Counted from the first letter of the stretch, positions 1 to 8,523 are shown. The stretch: 64,000 nt of DNA from Thermoplasmatales archaeon (GCA_014874365.1 JACWAH010000001.1:2314-66313); one strand, 5' to 3'. The notes: a model not told the origin generated them from the letters alone. Numbers and translations are program-made.

Positions 1-306
1 TTTTCGGTAATGACTTTGAAGAATGCGCCATAATACAGAGAAAACCAGAACGAGTTTTTGATTGACTGATTTTTAGCCTGATCAGATGAAAGGACAAAAC
101 CAATTTGAAAGGCCAAATTGCCTTTTTCCTTGATAGATTTAGAATATTGCCAGGACCAAATTTGACTGCACTAATCCGTAAGAAAGCATATAGACTAAAC
201 TTTGGATGAATACTAAATTCTCCGGGCTGTCAGCCTTCCCGTGGCAGCTATTGGTCAGTCATAATAGCCGTCTGGAGTGAAAAAATAGATAAAGGGTATT
301 GATCGT

Positions 307-1198
307 ATGAACAGTTTTGTGGTTGGAATAGATCTTGGAGAAAAGGAAAGCTTAGCATTGTGTATTACACCAGATGGAGACATAAGGCAACAGTTCAAGT
401 TTCCCATTGCCTCTGGTTATTCGGATATAGCTGTGGCACATCCCAGGGAACTTTCATGGATAACAAAGTCAAGGAAGAAGAATGACAGGGGGGATTCGCT
501 GGAACTTGCGAAGCTAAATCTCATCTGGATGATCCCTGAATCCCACTTCCTTGAAGAGTAGGAGAGGATATTCCGGGATCTTCTGATTCAGCGAGTGAAA
601 CTTGGAAAATCTGTTTCTTCAGTGAAGAACAGGATCATCGGTTACCGAAGAGGAAAGACGTATTCAGCAAGCTTCCAGAAACCCGTGACAACTTCTCCAC
701 AGCGAGGTTGAAGGCTATTAAGGGGATCAGATTCGGGAATCAGAAAGACCTGGTTCTGAAGGCGATGCTTGATCGCCTTGAATTCCTTGAGCATCATATT
801 AAACCTCTGGGATACACAGATAAAGAAGATGGCAAAGGAATCCGAGGAGATGAAATTCCTCATGTCCATTCCAGGCATCGATTACTATATCGCTTCCCTG
901 ATCTCATCGTACATCGGTGACATTAAGCAATTTAAGAGCAGTGACAAACTGGCATCATTACGGGCAAAAAGGATTCATCCTCAAAAAAGAGAAGAGACCA
1001 CATGTCAAAGGAGGGTGCACAGACTGCAAGATGGCATTATCAACTGCAGTCGGCACAATCATGATGTTCAATTAACCCATCAGGGAATACTATGTTTCAG
1101 TTTAGAATAAGAAGGAATCCGGAAAGCTTGCACATGTGTCGACCATGCGAAAACGGATCAGGATGATATTCACAGTGCTTACAGAAAGGAAGGAGTGA
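307..1198 (+). mobile_element. Degraded IS110-family insertion sequence; transposase frame broken into at least three pieces
   Basis: ORF 307-561 begins MNSFVVGIDLGEKE (IS110 DEDD-type N-terminus). ORF 769-1110 carries MSIPGIDYYIASLISSYIGDIKQFKSSDKLAS (IS110 C-terminal HhH region). The tail ...STMRKRIRMIFTVLTERKE is in a third frame and ends near 1198. Stops and frameshifts separate the pieces. Confidence 0.75.
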
Positions 1199-1356
1199 AA
1201 ATGTGAGAGACGGGCGCTGAAAGTGAACAACCTGTCAAAGCTGGGGGAGGGCTAGGCTGTCAGGATAAACGGGTCAACGGAGAATTGCCAGCGCCCTCAA
1301 AGATCTCATTCAATGAATAATGGAGGTTTTATTACCATGCCAGAATTACCGAACAT

Positions 1357-2697
1357 ATGTTCGGTACTGCCAGAATTAACGCCAGTCCTGAAGATGACAT
1401 TAAGCAACTGCCCGATTCGGAGAGGGTTAAAAAACCAATTTCCCAGTTCTACCTGTGGTTTGGTGCGAATCTTACTATTGCAGACTTTGCCCTTGGTTTT
1501 CTTCCAGTCATCTACTTCAATTTAAATTTCATATACAGCATCCTTTCTCTTTTAATAGGAACTCTGGCAGGTGGAATTTTACTTGCTTCAATGAGCGTCA
1601 TGGGGCCGAAAACAGGGCTGCCGCAAATGATGGTTGGCAAGCACGCTTTTGGCAGAAAGGGTGGCAACGTAATGTCGCTGCTGCAGTGGTTGAATACAAC
1701 CGGCTGGCTTACAGTTAATACCATTATTGCTGCGACAGCCCTTTCAATATTAATTTACACAACCTCAGGATATTTTTTCGTAATTCCCGTTATTGCTGTA
1801 GCAGTACTTGTTTTGCTGCTCGCATATTTCGGGGCTAACCTTATCCATACATTCGAGAAAATAATGTCCGTGGTACTCGGCGCTCTATTTGTTTACCTAG
1901 CAATCTTTACAGTGACAAATTATTCTGTCCCGTTTTACTCAGGCGGTTTTAACCTCGTGGGCTTCGCGTCGACGATAGCACTTTCATTCTCATACATCAT
2001 GAGTTGGGGTCCATACGCCTCTGATTATTCCAGATATGTTAGGCCAGAAAGCCGAGGTACGTTCTCCTTCACTCTCGCCGGGGCAGTCATATCCACCTTT
2101 GCAGTTGAGGTTGTTGGTGTACTAGTAGAGCTTGCAATTCCCACTTATGAGACTGCACCCGGTACTATTGTCTCACTAATGGGGAAGTATGCTGTTATAG
2201 GACTGATAACACTTATTCTTGGAGGACTCGCTGCGAATTCACTCAACCTTTATTCCAATTCCATGTCATTGAAGACATTCGGAATTAAGGCTTCAAGGAA
2301 GCTCATCCTGTTCGTTGTAACCATTATCTCTATTGGTCTGTCAATCCTGGGCTACGCCAACTTCTATCAATATTACCAGGACTTCCTGTACGTACTCGAT
2401 TACTGGATAACTCCTTGGCTGGGAATTATGATCGTTGACTACCTGCTTTCAAGAGGAAATCTGACAAAAGTATCAGACGGATATAATGTCCGGACATTCA
2501 TAGCGTACCTGGTTCCAATAGGCATCTCCATACCGTTCATTAATCCAATATCTCAGCTGGAAGGCCCGATTTCCGTACTGCTTGGCGGAGTGGACATCAG
2601 TTACTTTGTTTCCTTCTCCCTGTCCATGCTTTTTTTCTATATTCTTCGCAGGAAAGACTTCATCGCACCGGGGAAATCTGGATCAACAGATAGCTGA
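1357..2697 (+). CDS. NCS1-family nucleobase (purine/cytosine-type) permease
   Basis: 446-aa polytopic ORF. Segments FYLWFGANLTIADFALG and MMVGKHAFGRKGGNVMSLLQWLNTTGWLTVN look typical of cytosine/purine/allantoin permeases, with roughly 12 hydrophobic segments. Confidence 0.8.
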   Translation: MFGTARINASPEDDIKQLPDSERVKKPISQFYLWFGANLTIADFALGFLPVIYFNLNFIYSILSLLIGTLAGGILLASMSVMGPKTGLPQMMVGKHAFGRKGGNVMSLLQWLNTTGWLTVNTIIAATALSILIYTTSGYFFVIPVIAVAVLVLLLAYFGANLIHTFEKIMSVVLGALFVYLAIFTVTNYSVPFYSGGFNLVGFASTIALSFSYIMSWGPYASDYSRYVRPESRGTFSFTLAGAVISTFAVEVVGVLVELAIPTYETAPGTIVSLMGKYAVIGLITLILGGLAANSLNLYSNSMSLKTFGIKASRKLILFVVTIISIGLSILGYANFYQYYQDFLYVLDYWITPWLGIMIVDYLLSRGNLTKVSDGYNVRTFIAYLVPIGISIPFINPISQLEGPISVLLGGVDISYFVSFSLSMLFFYILRRKDFIAPGKSGSTDS

Positions 2698-2759
2698 ACA
2701 TGCATCGCGGCTAAAAATGGTGAGTAAAAGAATTAAACTGATGTGCATGATCCTGGAAG

Positions 2760-3245
2760 ATGATACTTTCTGACTCGACAATAAATGAACTGGTCAAGGG
2801 GGGAAAGCTCATTTCTCGAAACTTCAGCCCGCAATCGTTGACGCCAAACGGATATGATCTGCGCGTTGGTACCATAAAAGGCTCATCCGGCAATATAACT
2901 GACCATGCAGAGATTGAGCCAGCTGAACACTTTCTCGTTTCATCCCAGGAGGAAATTTATTGTCCCACCGACGTGTGTGCCCAGATGTTCACAAGGTCAT
3001 CCTATGCGCGTAAGGGGATTATTGGCAGCTATGGGTTTGTTGACGCTGGATTCAGAGGTGAACTAACGCTCGCATTTTACAATTCCTCGAATGAGGTCTT
3101 CTCGCTTAAAGCGGGAGAACGGATTGCACAGATTATTTTCCATCGCATTGACCGGGAAGTTGAACAGAGTTATGAAAAGAGGTCCGGAAACTACCAGAAC
3201 AGTTCAGGAATCACTCTTAGCAGGGACACTTCCAAAGGGAACTGA
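2760..3245 (+). CDS. dcd: dCTP deaminase / dUTPase-fold protein
   Basis: 161 aa. N-terminus MILSDSTINELVKGGKLI, then PNGYDLRVG and GFVDAGFRGELTLAFYN, characteristic of the trimeric dUTPase-fold dCTP deaminases. Deaminase and dUTPase activity cannot be told apart by eye. Confidence 0.75.
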   Translation: MILSDSTINELVKGGKLISRNFSPQSLTPNGYDLRVGTIKGSSGNITDHAEIEPAEHFLVSSQEEIYCPTDVCAQMFTRSSYARKGIIGSYGFVDAGFRGELTLAFYNSSNEVFSLKAGERIAQIIFHRIDREVEQSYEKRSGNYQNSSGITLSRDTSKGN

Positions 3246-4142
3246 ATATTCCAGCAGTTCCTTGGAGAGATAGGATTCCTGGAATATTGTTCTTGCCTCC
3301 TTCTCAAGGACGCGAAGATCTCCTATTCTGGGACTGTAGTGGAATAAATAAAATCTCTTCACGTTTGCAGCCTTTGCAATCGACGCAGCCTGTCCTGACG
3401 AACAGTGCCCAAATTCGTTCACCTTAGGCTCAAACGAGGAATCAGTCGTTGTCTCGTGAATCAGTACATCTGCATCCTTTGCAAAGCCTGACATTTCGTC
3501 CTGCATGGGCCTCGTATCACCCGAGTAAACAACGGATCTCCCCTTCCTGATTCCCGCAGAAATCTGGTCTAAGGTGTATTTTATCCCTTTGTGTTCGGTA
3601 AAACCATTTTTCCTGATCGTTTCAATCAGTTTGTCCGGAACTCCCAGAGCATCAACTTTGCTCCTGTCTATTTTGACCAAGTCCTTTTCATTGAATCTGT
3701 AAGAGTATGCGGGCACAGGGTGATCTGCCTTCATAGCGGTTACGGTAAATTCGCCCAGATCATATTCCGTTCCAGGGTCAAGTTCCCTTACAGTGATGTC
3801 AAAATTTAGCCTGTAATACCCAACTGAAAGTGCGTTTGACAGGATCCTTGATCCCATTTCAGGGCAGAAAACGGTCAGTGGTTTCTTCCTGTCGTTGAAG
3901 GACATGCTCTGGACCAGGCCTATCAGCCCGATGAAATGGTCTCCATGAAAGTGAGAGATGAATACATTGTCAATGTCCATAAAGGAAAGGGCACTTTTCA
4001 TCAGCTGTTTTTGCGTCCCCTCTCCACAATCCAAAAGGTTTACAACACTGTCAACCTGAAGCACGATAGCGGGCATTGCACGACCCGGGGTAGGCCAGGA
4101 ACCGCCAGTTCCAAGAAAAGTTAACTTGAAGAGGGAAGCCAT
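3204..4142 (-). CDS. rnz: Ribonuclease Z (tRNA 3' endonuclease), metallo-beta-lactamase fold
   Basis: 312 aa. FLGTGGSWPTPGRAMPAIVLQ, the HFHGDHFIGLIGL (HxHxDH) motif and a C-terminal FHYSPR-type motif. It overlaps the 3' end of dcd convergently by 42 nt. Confidence 0.88.
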   Translation of the reverse strand: MASLFKLTFLGTGGSWPTPGRAMPAIVLQVDSVVNLLDCGEGTQKQLMKSALSFMDIDNVFISHFHGDHFIGLIGLVQSMSFNDRKKPLTVFCPEMGSRILSNALSVGYYRLNFDITVRELDPGTEYDLGEFTVTAMKADHPVPAYSYRFNEKDLVKIDRSKVDALGVPDKLIETIRKNGFTEHKGIKYTLDQISAGIRKGRSVVYSGDTRPMQDEMSGFAKDADVLIHETTTDSSFEPKVNEFGHCSSGQAASIAKAANVKRFYLFHYSPRIGDLRVLEKEARTIFQESYLSKELLEYSVPFGSVPAKSDS

Positions 4143-4164
4143 CGTTCAATATGAGTATGTTCCA

Positions 4165-4581
4165 TTAATATCTTGCATGCCTCCTGATCTGGAGGGAAAC
4201 CGGCCTTGGGGATACCGCCCTTTCAACTACGGAAGGCAGGTCTTCAACTGAATTGATCCTGAGTTTTTCCCTGGCGTAATCCCACATACCTGTGTCAACG
4301 GAAGTTCCCAAACTCACAAGCAGGCTTTTTAGCGATTCCTTGAGTTTTATGCCTTTCCTATCCATGTCAGTAAGCAGAATGATTTCCCTGTGGTTCCTGG
4401 CTACGGACTCTGAGAAACCCATCAGGCTCAACCCGGAATTCAGCTTGATTATTTCACCAGAAAAACCAAGATACCGCAGGCTACGTATATCATTATCACC
4501 CTCAACGATAATCGGTGCGGTGCGGTTTTTCTCCTGATACTTTTCAAGGAATTCGGCTAACCTGCCTCTTTCCGGTGGCAT
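4165..4581 (-). CDS. Small Toprim-domain protein (archaeal UPF0292-like)
   Basis: 138 aa. PIIVEGDNDIRSLRYLG (Toprim Glu) and ILLTDMDRKG (DxD motif). Size and motifs fit the small primase-like Toprim family. Confidence 0.7.
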   Translation of the reverse strand: MPPERGRLAEFLEKYQEKNRTAPIIVEGDNDIRSLRYLGFSGEIIKLNSGLSLMGFSESVARNHREIILLTDMDRKGIKLKESLKSLLVSLGTSVDTGMWDYAREKLRINSVEDLPSVVERAVSPRPVSLQIRRHARY

Positions 4582-4611
4582 GGATCGCCTATTCTAACCA
4601 TTGAATAAAAA

Positions 4612-4676
4612 CTCTCTGTTTTCTCTTGAGGGGGTTTAACCAACGCATTATTTTTCTGTGCTCAATTATGAATGGA
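4612..4676. repeat. Left copy of an imperfect ~65-bp direct repeat (partner at 7833-7897)
   Basis: ctctgttttctcttgagggggtttaaccaacgcattatttttctgtgctcaattatgaatgga aligns with cagctgttttcgcatgagttgggtttaaccaacgcattatttctctgtgcccaattatgaatgat. The core of about 46 bp has only 3-4 mismatches. It lies just upstream of the Toprim gene start. Confidence 0.8.
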
Positions 4677-4829
4677 CAATTTCTAACAATCTTTTAAATT
4701 TTGCATATTCATTGCTATTTCTGCGACATCCAGATAAAGTCGCGGGCTAAGTCAACATGAAACTGTTTTTCCTATCGTTTCTTTTCCCATATTCTATCCT
4801 TTCCCACGGGATTTCCATAGCTCACGCTA

Positions 4830-5211
4830 TGATCCTCTTTTTTTCACCCATATGAAACAGATCAGGTTGTGTCCCGGGCACATGAACATGTTCTTGACCC
4901 TCACTCTCGGTATCGTAGTAACGAATACATGACCGTCATGGAATATTCCCTTCATGACGGAATCCCACTGGACTCCGCAGAAGATCAGGGTGCACATGTT
5001 CTTCTCACTTATGACATATCTCTTCCTTATTCTCATTCGTTACAGGATGCACAGCATTGATCAATCCATATCATTGCAATCCGTACAGAATATACTCTCT
5101 GATGTCAGACTGCAGTATATCATATCCGGTAAGAGTGTCAGGAAGAAGCTTGACTCCAGGAATCCGGATGCACTCTGCATGGCAGAGAGGCTGAACCTCA
5201 TATCAGTGTGA
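4830..5211 (+). pseudogene. C-terminal remnant of a DDE transposase (IS4/IS1634-like), frameshifted
   Basis: Fragments ...GIVVTN..., MEYSLHDGIPLDS... and TESHWTPQKIRVHMFFSLMTYLFLILI lie in different frames. They resemble the conserved C-terminal block of IS4-superfamily transposases. No N-terminal half is present. Confidence 0.5.
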
Positions 5212-5828
5212 TATGCACTACTGGAGATGTTGAGAGGGCAGCCTCTCTAATTGCCTATCTGGAATCTATCAGCGTTAAAAATCGTGTAAACTCAAGATAG
5301 TATAGAAATAAGATTAATATATGTGATAGTAATAAATTCACAGGTAGATCGCTTAACCTCATACGGGTCTGGCCTGAGTTAGAACCACCGAAGACGGTGA
5401 AAGCCAAAAAAAGCGATTATTGCCTAAGATGGTGGCGGTTCATAAATTGAAACATAAAGCGAAAAACTAGACTTAATTACGTCATATTAGTGGGAATAGA
5501 TACCTTTGTCAAATAACGGTTTTTGTAAAATGCGGAATATTATAAATTAAACGGTTGCATTTAACGAAAGATGGAGTCATTTAGATTGATTAGTTCAATT
5601 TGAAAGCGGTACTTCAAGACTGAGCATAACCATATAATCATTCGACAAGATGGTAAGTAAACTAGGATGCATAATTTGCTATATGTATAATGAGTTGCCA
5701 TCAGCATATTAGATTGAGTATTTTTGTGAATTTGTAATTTAGTATATAGTCTCATCTGTCTGGGACATTTGTATTTTTAGAAATTTCAGGTGGATACAAT
5801 TTTGTGAACTGTCGCCGGGAGGATAAAA

Positions 5829-6740
5829 ATGTCAAGAGAAAAAGAGGTAAAAACCTCGGAAAAAACTGGCGACTTTGTCGCAAACAGATCGAGAGATCTC
5901 AGCAGCAATACAAATAGGACGGTAAGAAAAATAGAATCTGTAAATTGGCACTTATGGGAAAGTTGTAATTACAAATGCAAATTCTGCTTTGCTACGTTTA
6001 AAGGCATTAAGGAGAGATTGCCCAAACAAGACGCGTTATTAATTCCGGGCTTGCTGGCAAACGCTGGAATCAGGAAGATTAACTTTGTTGGCGGTGAACC
6101 GCTTCTCTGTCCATACATTAGCGACCTGTTATCCATTTCTAAGAACTTAGGAATGGTAGTCTCTGTAGTCACGAATGCGACTTTGCTAACAAAGGATTTC
6201 CTGGAACATAATGCGCGTTATCTTAATTGGGTTGGCATAAGCATTGACTCTTCCAGTGAGATGACGGAAAAAGCGTTAGGAAGAGGAACTGGAAAACATA
6301 TAGAAATGGCAGTATCTCGCGCAAAAATGGTGAAGCAGTTCGGAATTAGGCTCAAGATCAACACAGTTGTCACGAGCTTGAATTACCTCGATGACATGGG
6401 GCCACTTATCTCTGCTCTTCAACCAGATAGATGGAAGGTTTTCCAGTTGCTTCTCATTGCAGGGGAGAATGACATCACAGCAGGAAACCTTCTGGCCACA
6501 AGTGAACAATTTAAAGAATTCGTAACGAGACACAAGCAGTTCAAACCAATCGTAGAGGACAACAATGCTATGACTGGATCATACCTTATGGTTGATCCAC
6601 TTGGTCGCTTTTTCCAGAACTGGGATAATAAGTACGTTAGAAGCGATCCTATCACTTCCGTGGGTGTTTCGCACGCAATCGAGCAGGTTGGATGGGACAA
6701 GCACAAATACATCAAAAGGGGAGGGAGTTACGAATGGTAG
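5829..6740 (+). CDS. Viperin-like radical-SAM enzyme (prokaryotic viperin, pVip)
   Basis: 303 aa. CNYKCKFCF (CxxxCxxC), KINFVGGEPLL, RWKVFQLLLIAGEN, SYLMVDPLGRF and C-terminal KRGGSYEW are collinear with the animal viperin motifs CNYKCGFCF, RWKVFQCLLIEGEN, SYLILDEYMRF and KRGGKYIW. GGAGG at 5818-5822 precedes the ATG. Confidence 0.88.
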   Translation: MSREKEVKTSEKTGDFVANRSRDLSSNTNRTVRKIESVNWHLWESCNYKCKFCFATFKGIKERLPKQDALLIPGLLANAGIRKINFVGGEPLLCPYISDLLSISKNLGMVVSVVTNATLLTKDFLEHNARYLNWVGISIDSSSEMTEKALGRGTGKHIEMAVSRAKMVKQFGIRLKINTVVTSLNYLDDMGPLISALQPDRWKVFQLLLIAGENDITAGNLLATSEQFKEFVTRHKQFKPIVEDNNAMTGSYLMVDPLGRFFQNWDNKYVRSDPITSVGVSHAIEQVGWDKHKYIKRGGSYEW

Positions 6741-7324
6741 ATCTCGTTTACCAATTCCTTCCACACAGCAAAGCGTCGATTTTTGTGGATGGTCCCAACT
6801 TTTATGTTGGATCAGTTCACTTCATTAGAAATAATAACTTGGACAATAGCCCAACGGATATTCTTTTTGGGATTGTTAATTACTATAGCGAGCACCATAA
6901 AATAGAAGGAATGGAATACTTTGAAAGCCTTGCACCTATGAAAGACCCAAGAAGGTATGCAGGGCAGAGCAGATATCTTGAACAGGTCAGGAAATACGGA
7001 TTCTTAGTTCATTCAACACTTCCTGCAGAGTTCATTAATCCTTATACCGGCTCAATAGAGTACAAAGAAAAAGGTGTAGATACCGGATTGAGTGCACGAA
7101 TGACACGATTAGCGGCGGAGGGTAAGTACGAAACTGCAATTGTGATCGGTGGCGATGGGGATCTCTACGAACCCATAATGGAAGTTATTGACATTGGTAA
7201 AAATGTGGAACACACTTACTACACCGAAGATCTGAGCCACAGATTCGAGAATATTCTACATGAGAAGTATTGTTTTACCACTATACGCAGCATACTTTCA
7301 GATTCTATCTTTGTAACATATTAG
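6734..7324 (+). CDS. NYN/LabA-like (PIN-related) nuclease-fold protein, translationally coupled to the viperin-like gene
   Basis: Start taken at ATG 6734 (MVDLVYQF...), which overlaps the upstream stop in ATGGTAG. Motifs IFVDGPNFY, KGVDTGLSARM and AIVIGGDGDLYEP match the NYN/LabA signature (VDG.N ... KGVD ... GDGDF.P). The track ORF from 6692 is a 5' extension inside the viperin gene. Confidence 0.75.
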   Translation: MVDLVYQFLPHSKASIFVDGPNFYVGSVHFIRNNNLDNSPTDILFGIVNYYSEHHKIEGMEYFESLAPMKDPRRYAGQSRYLEQVRKYGFLVHSTLPAEFINPYTGSIEYKEKGVDTGLSARMTRLAAEGKYETAIVIGGDGDLYEPIMEVIDIGKNVEHTYYTEDLSHRFENILHEKYCFTTIRSILSDSIFVTY

Positions 7325-7832
7325 TGTTATACTTAGCGTCCTTCTATGAAGAAGGTCTTTGGACATTCTCCCGAGACCTTTTTCCTTTTTTATTTTTATT
7401 GCCGCGTCCTGTTTCACTGTTCTCACCGGACTCTTTGATCTTTCAGACATGGCCTTCATCTTTCTTTCAGTGAGTATGTCAATACTATCAATGAATTCCA
7501 TGTTCCTGAAGGGCATCACGTATATTGTTCCTAGGCCGAAACAAATTGAATCGCTTAGCCTTGAATGTAGAGGATATAAACGAAACAAAATGTCCTTTGA
7601 TAAATGGTATCCCGAATCTTATGTATTTATAAAGGATACCTAGACTGGAACATTCTCCCATGGCCTGGTATCAGGTATAAGTATTACACAAAATTCGGAT
7701 ACTATCGGATACAAGAATGGGATTCTTACAGGAAGTTAAAACTCTTAACTTCGAAATTTAAGTATTCCTTGGGTTCAAGCCCGTAATTAGTCTTTCCATT
7801 GGCGCCAATATTAGCGTGGAGGGCGCTTTTCA

Positions 7833-7897
7833 TCAGCTGTTTTCGCATGAGTTGGGTTTAACCAACGCATTATTTCTCTGTGCCCAATTATGAATGA
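7833..7897. repeat. Right copy of the imperfect ~65-bp direct repeat (partner at 4612-4676)
   Basis: Same orientation and alignment as the left copy. Together the two copies bracket the transposase remnant, the AT-rich leader and the viperin-NYN pair. Confidence 0.8.
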
Positions 7898-7998
7898 TAA
7901 GTTTTTATGTTACGAACTTGAACAGATAACTGTAGAATTCCACATTGGAATTACCTTCATTTAGCTTCGACAGCGAGCTAAACGCATTTTATCCAGGG

Positions 7999-8523
7999 TC
8001 AAAGATCATAGAATTCCACTATTCTTCGGGCAGATTCCTCTGGTGCAGTTATGGAAGTGTCTATAGAGAGACTTTTGAGGAAGGGAATTCTGGTTATATT
8101 GTACCTTGACATTAATTTCAGCAATTCATCTCTATCTGTCAGTTTCAAATGATTATTCCGTGAAGATTCGCCTATCCTTTGCAAGAGCGTTTCTATCGGG
8201 CAGAAAAGGTACACGAACATCACCTTCCCTCCTGCATCAGTGATTACATCGATTATTTTCTTCACATATTCATCATCTTCGTTCAGGGCATAGACAAAAG
8301 TAAATATGATATCAACAGAATTGATCGCAGCCTCACGAAATATGTCCAATCGCAGGTTGTACACAATCCTCTTGAAAGGGGGAGACCCAAAAGGAAAAAC
8401 AGCTGCTGCTGCCAGGTTAGTGATATTATTCTGAAGCAGTTTGTATCCCGTTTTTTCGCTCAGGATTTCAGCCACCGTTAACTTTCCCGCTGCAGGTGGG
8501 CCATATATGAATACAAGATTCAT
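7999..8523 (-). CDS. P-loop kinase-fold protein (AAA_33 / shikimate-kinase-like), substrate unknown
   Basis: 174 aa. N-terminal Walker A is MNLVFIYGPPAAGKLTVAE. The small single-domain size is typical of nucleotide or small-molecule kinases. No specific subfamily was recognised. Confidence 0.65.
   Translation of the reverse strand: MNLVFIYGPPAAGKLTVAEILSEKTGYKLLQNNITNLAAAAVFPFGSPPFKRIVYNLRLDIFREAAINSVDIIFTFVYALNEDDEYVKKIIDVITDAGGKVMFVYLFCPIETLLQRIGESSRNNHLKLTDRDELLKLMSRYNITRIPFLKSLSIDTSITAPEESARRIVEFYDL

Noticed and set aside
2760-3245. dCTP deaminase as an antiviral nucleotide-depletion gene, given the nearby viperin
   Set aside because: It is a plain ~160-aa housekeeping-type dUTPase-fold protein without the extra domains of defensive dCTP deaminases. 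It lies outside the repeat-bracketed island, next to core genes.
7735-7795. tRNA-fragment-like features near the right island boundary: a 7-bp stem gaagtta/taacttc with a 7-nt loop, and gggttcaagccc
   Set aside because: The stem is 7 bp rather than the 5 bp of an anticodon arm. The T-loop-like word has no proper 5-bp stem, and no acceptor stem can be built. It is therefore not evidence for integration into a tRNA gene.
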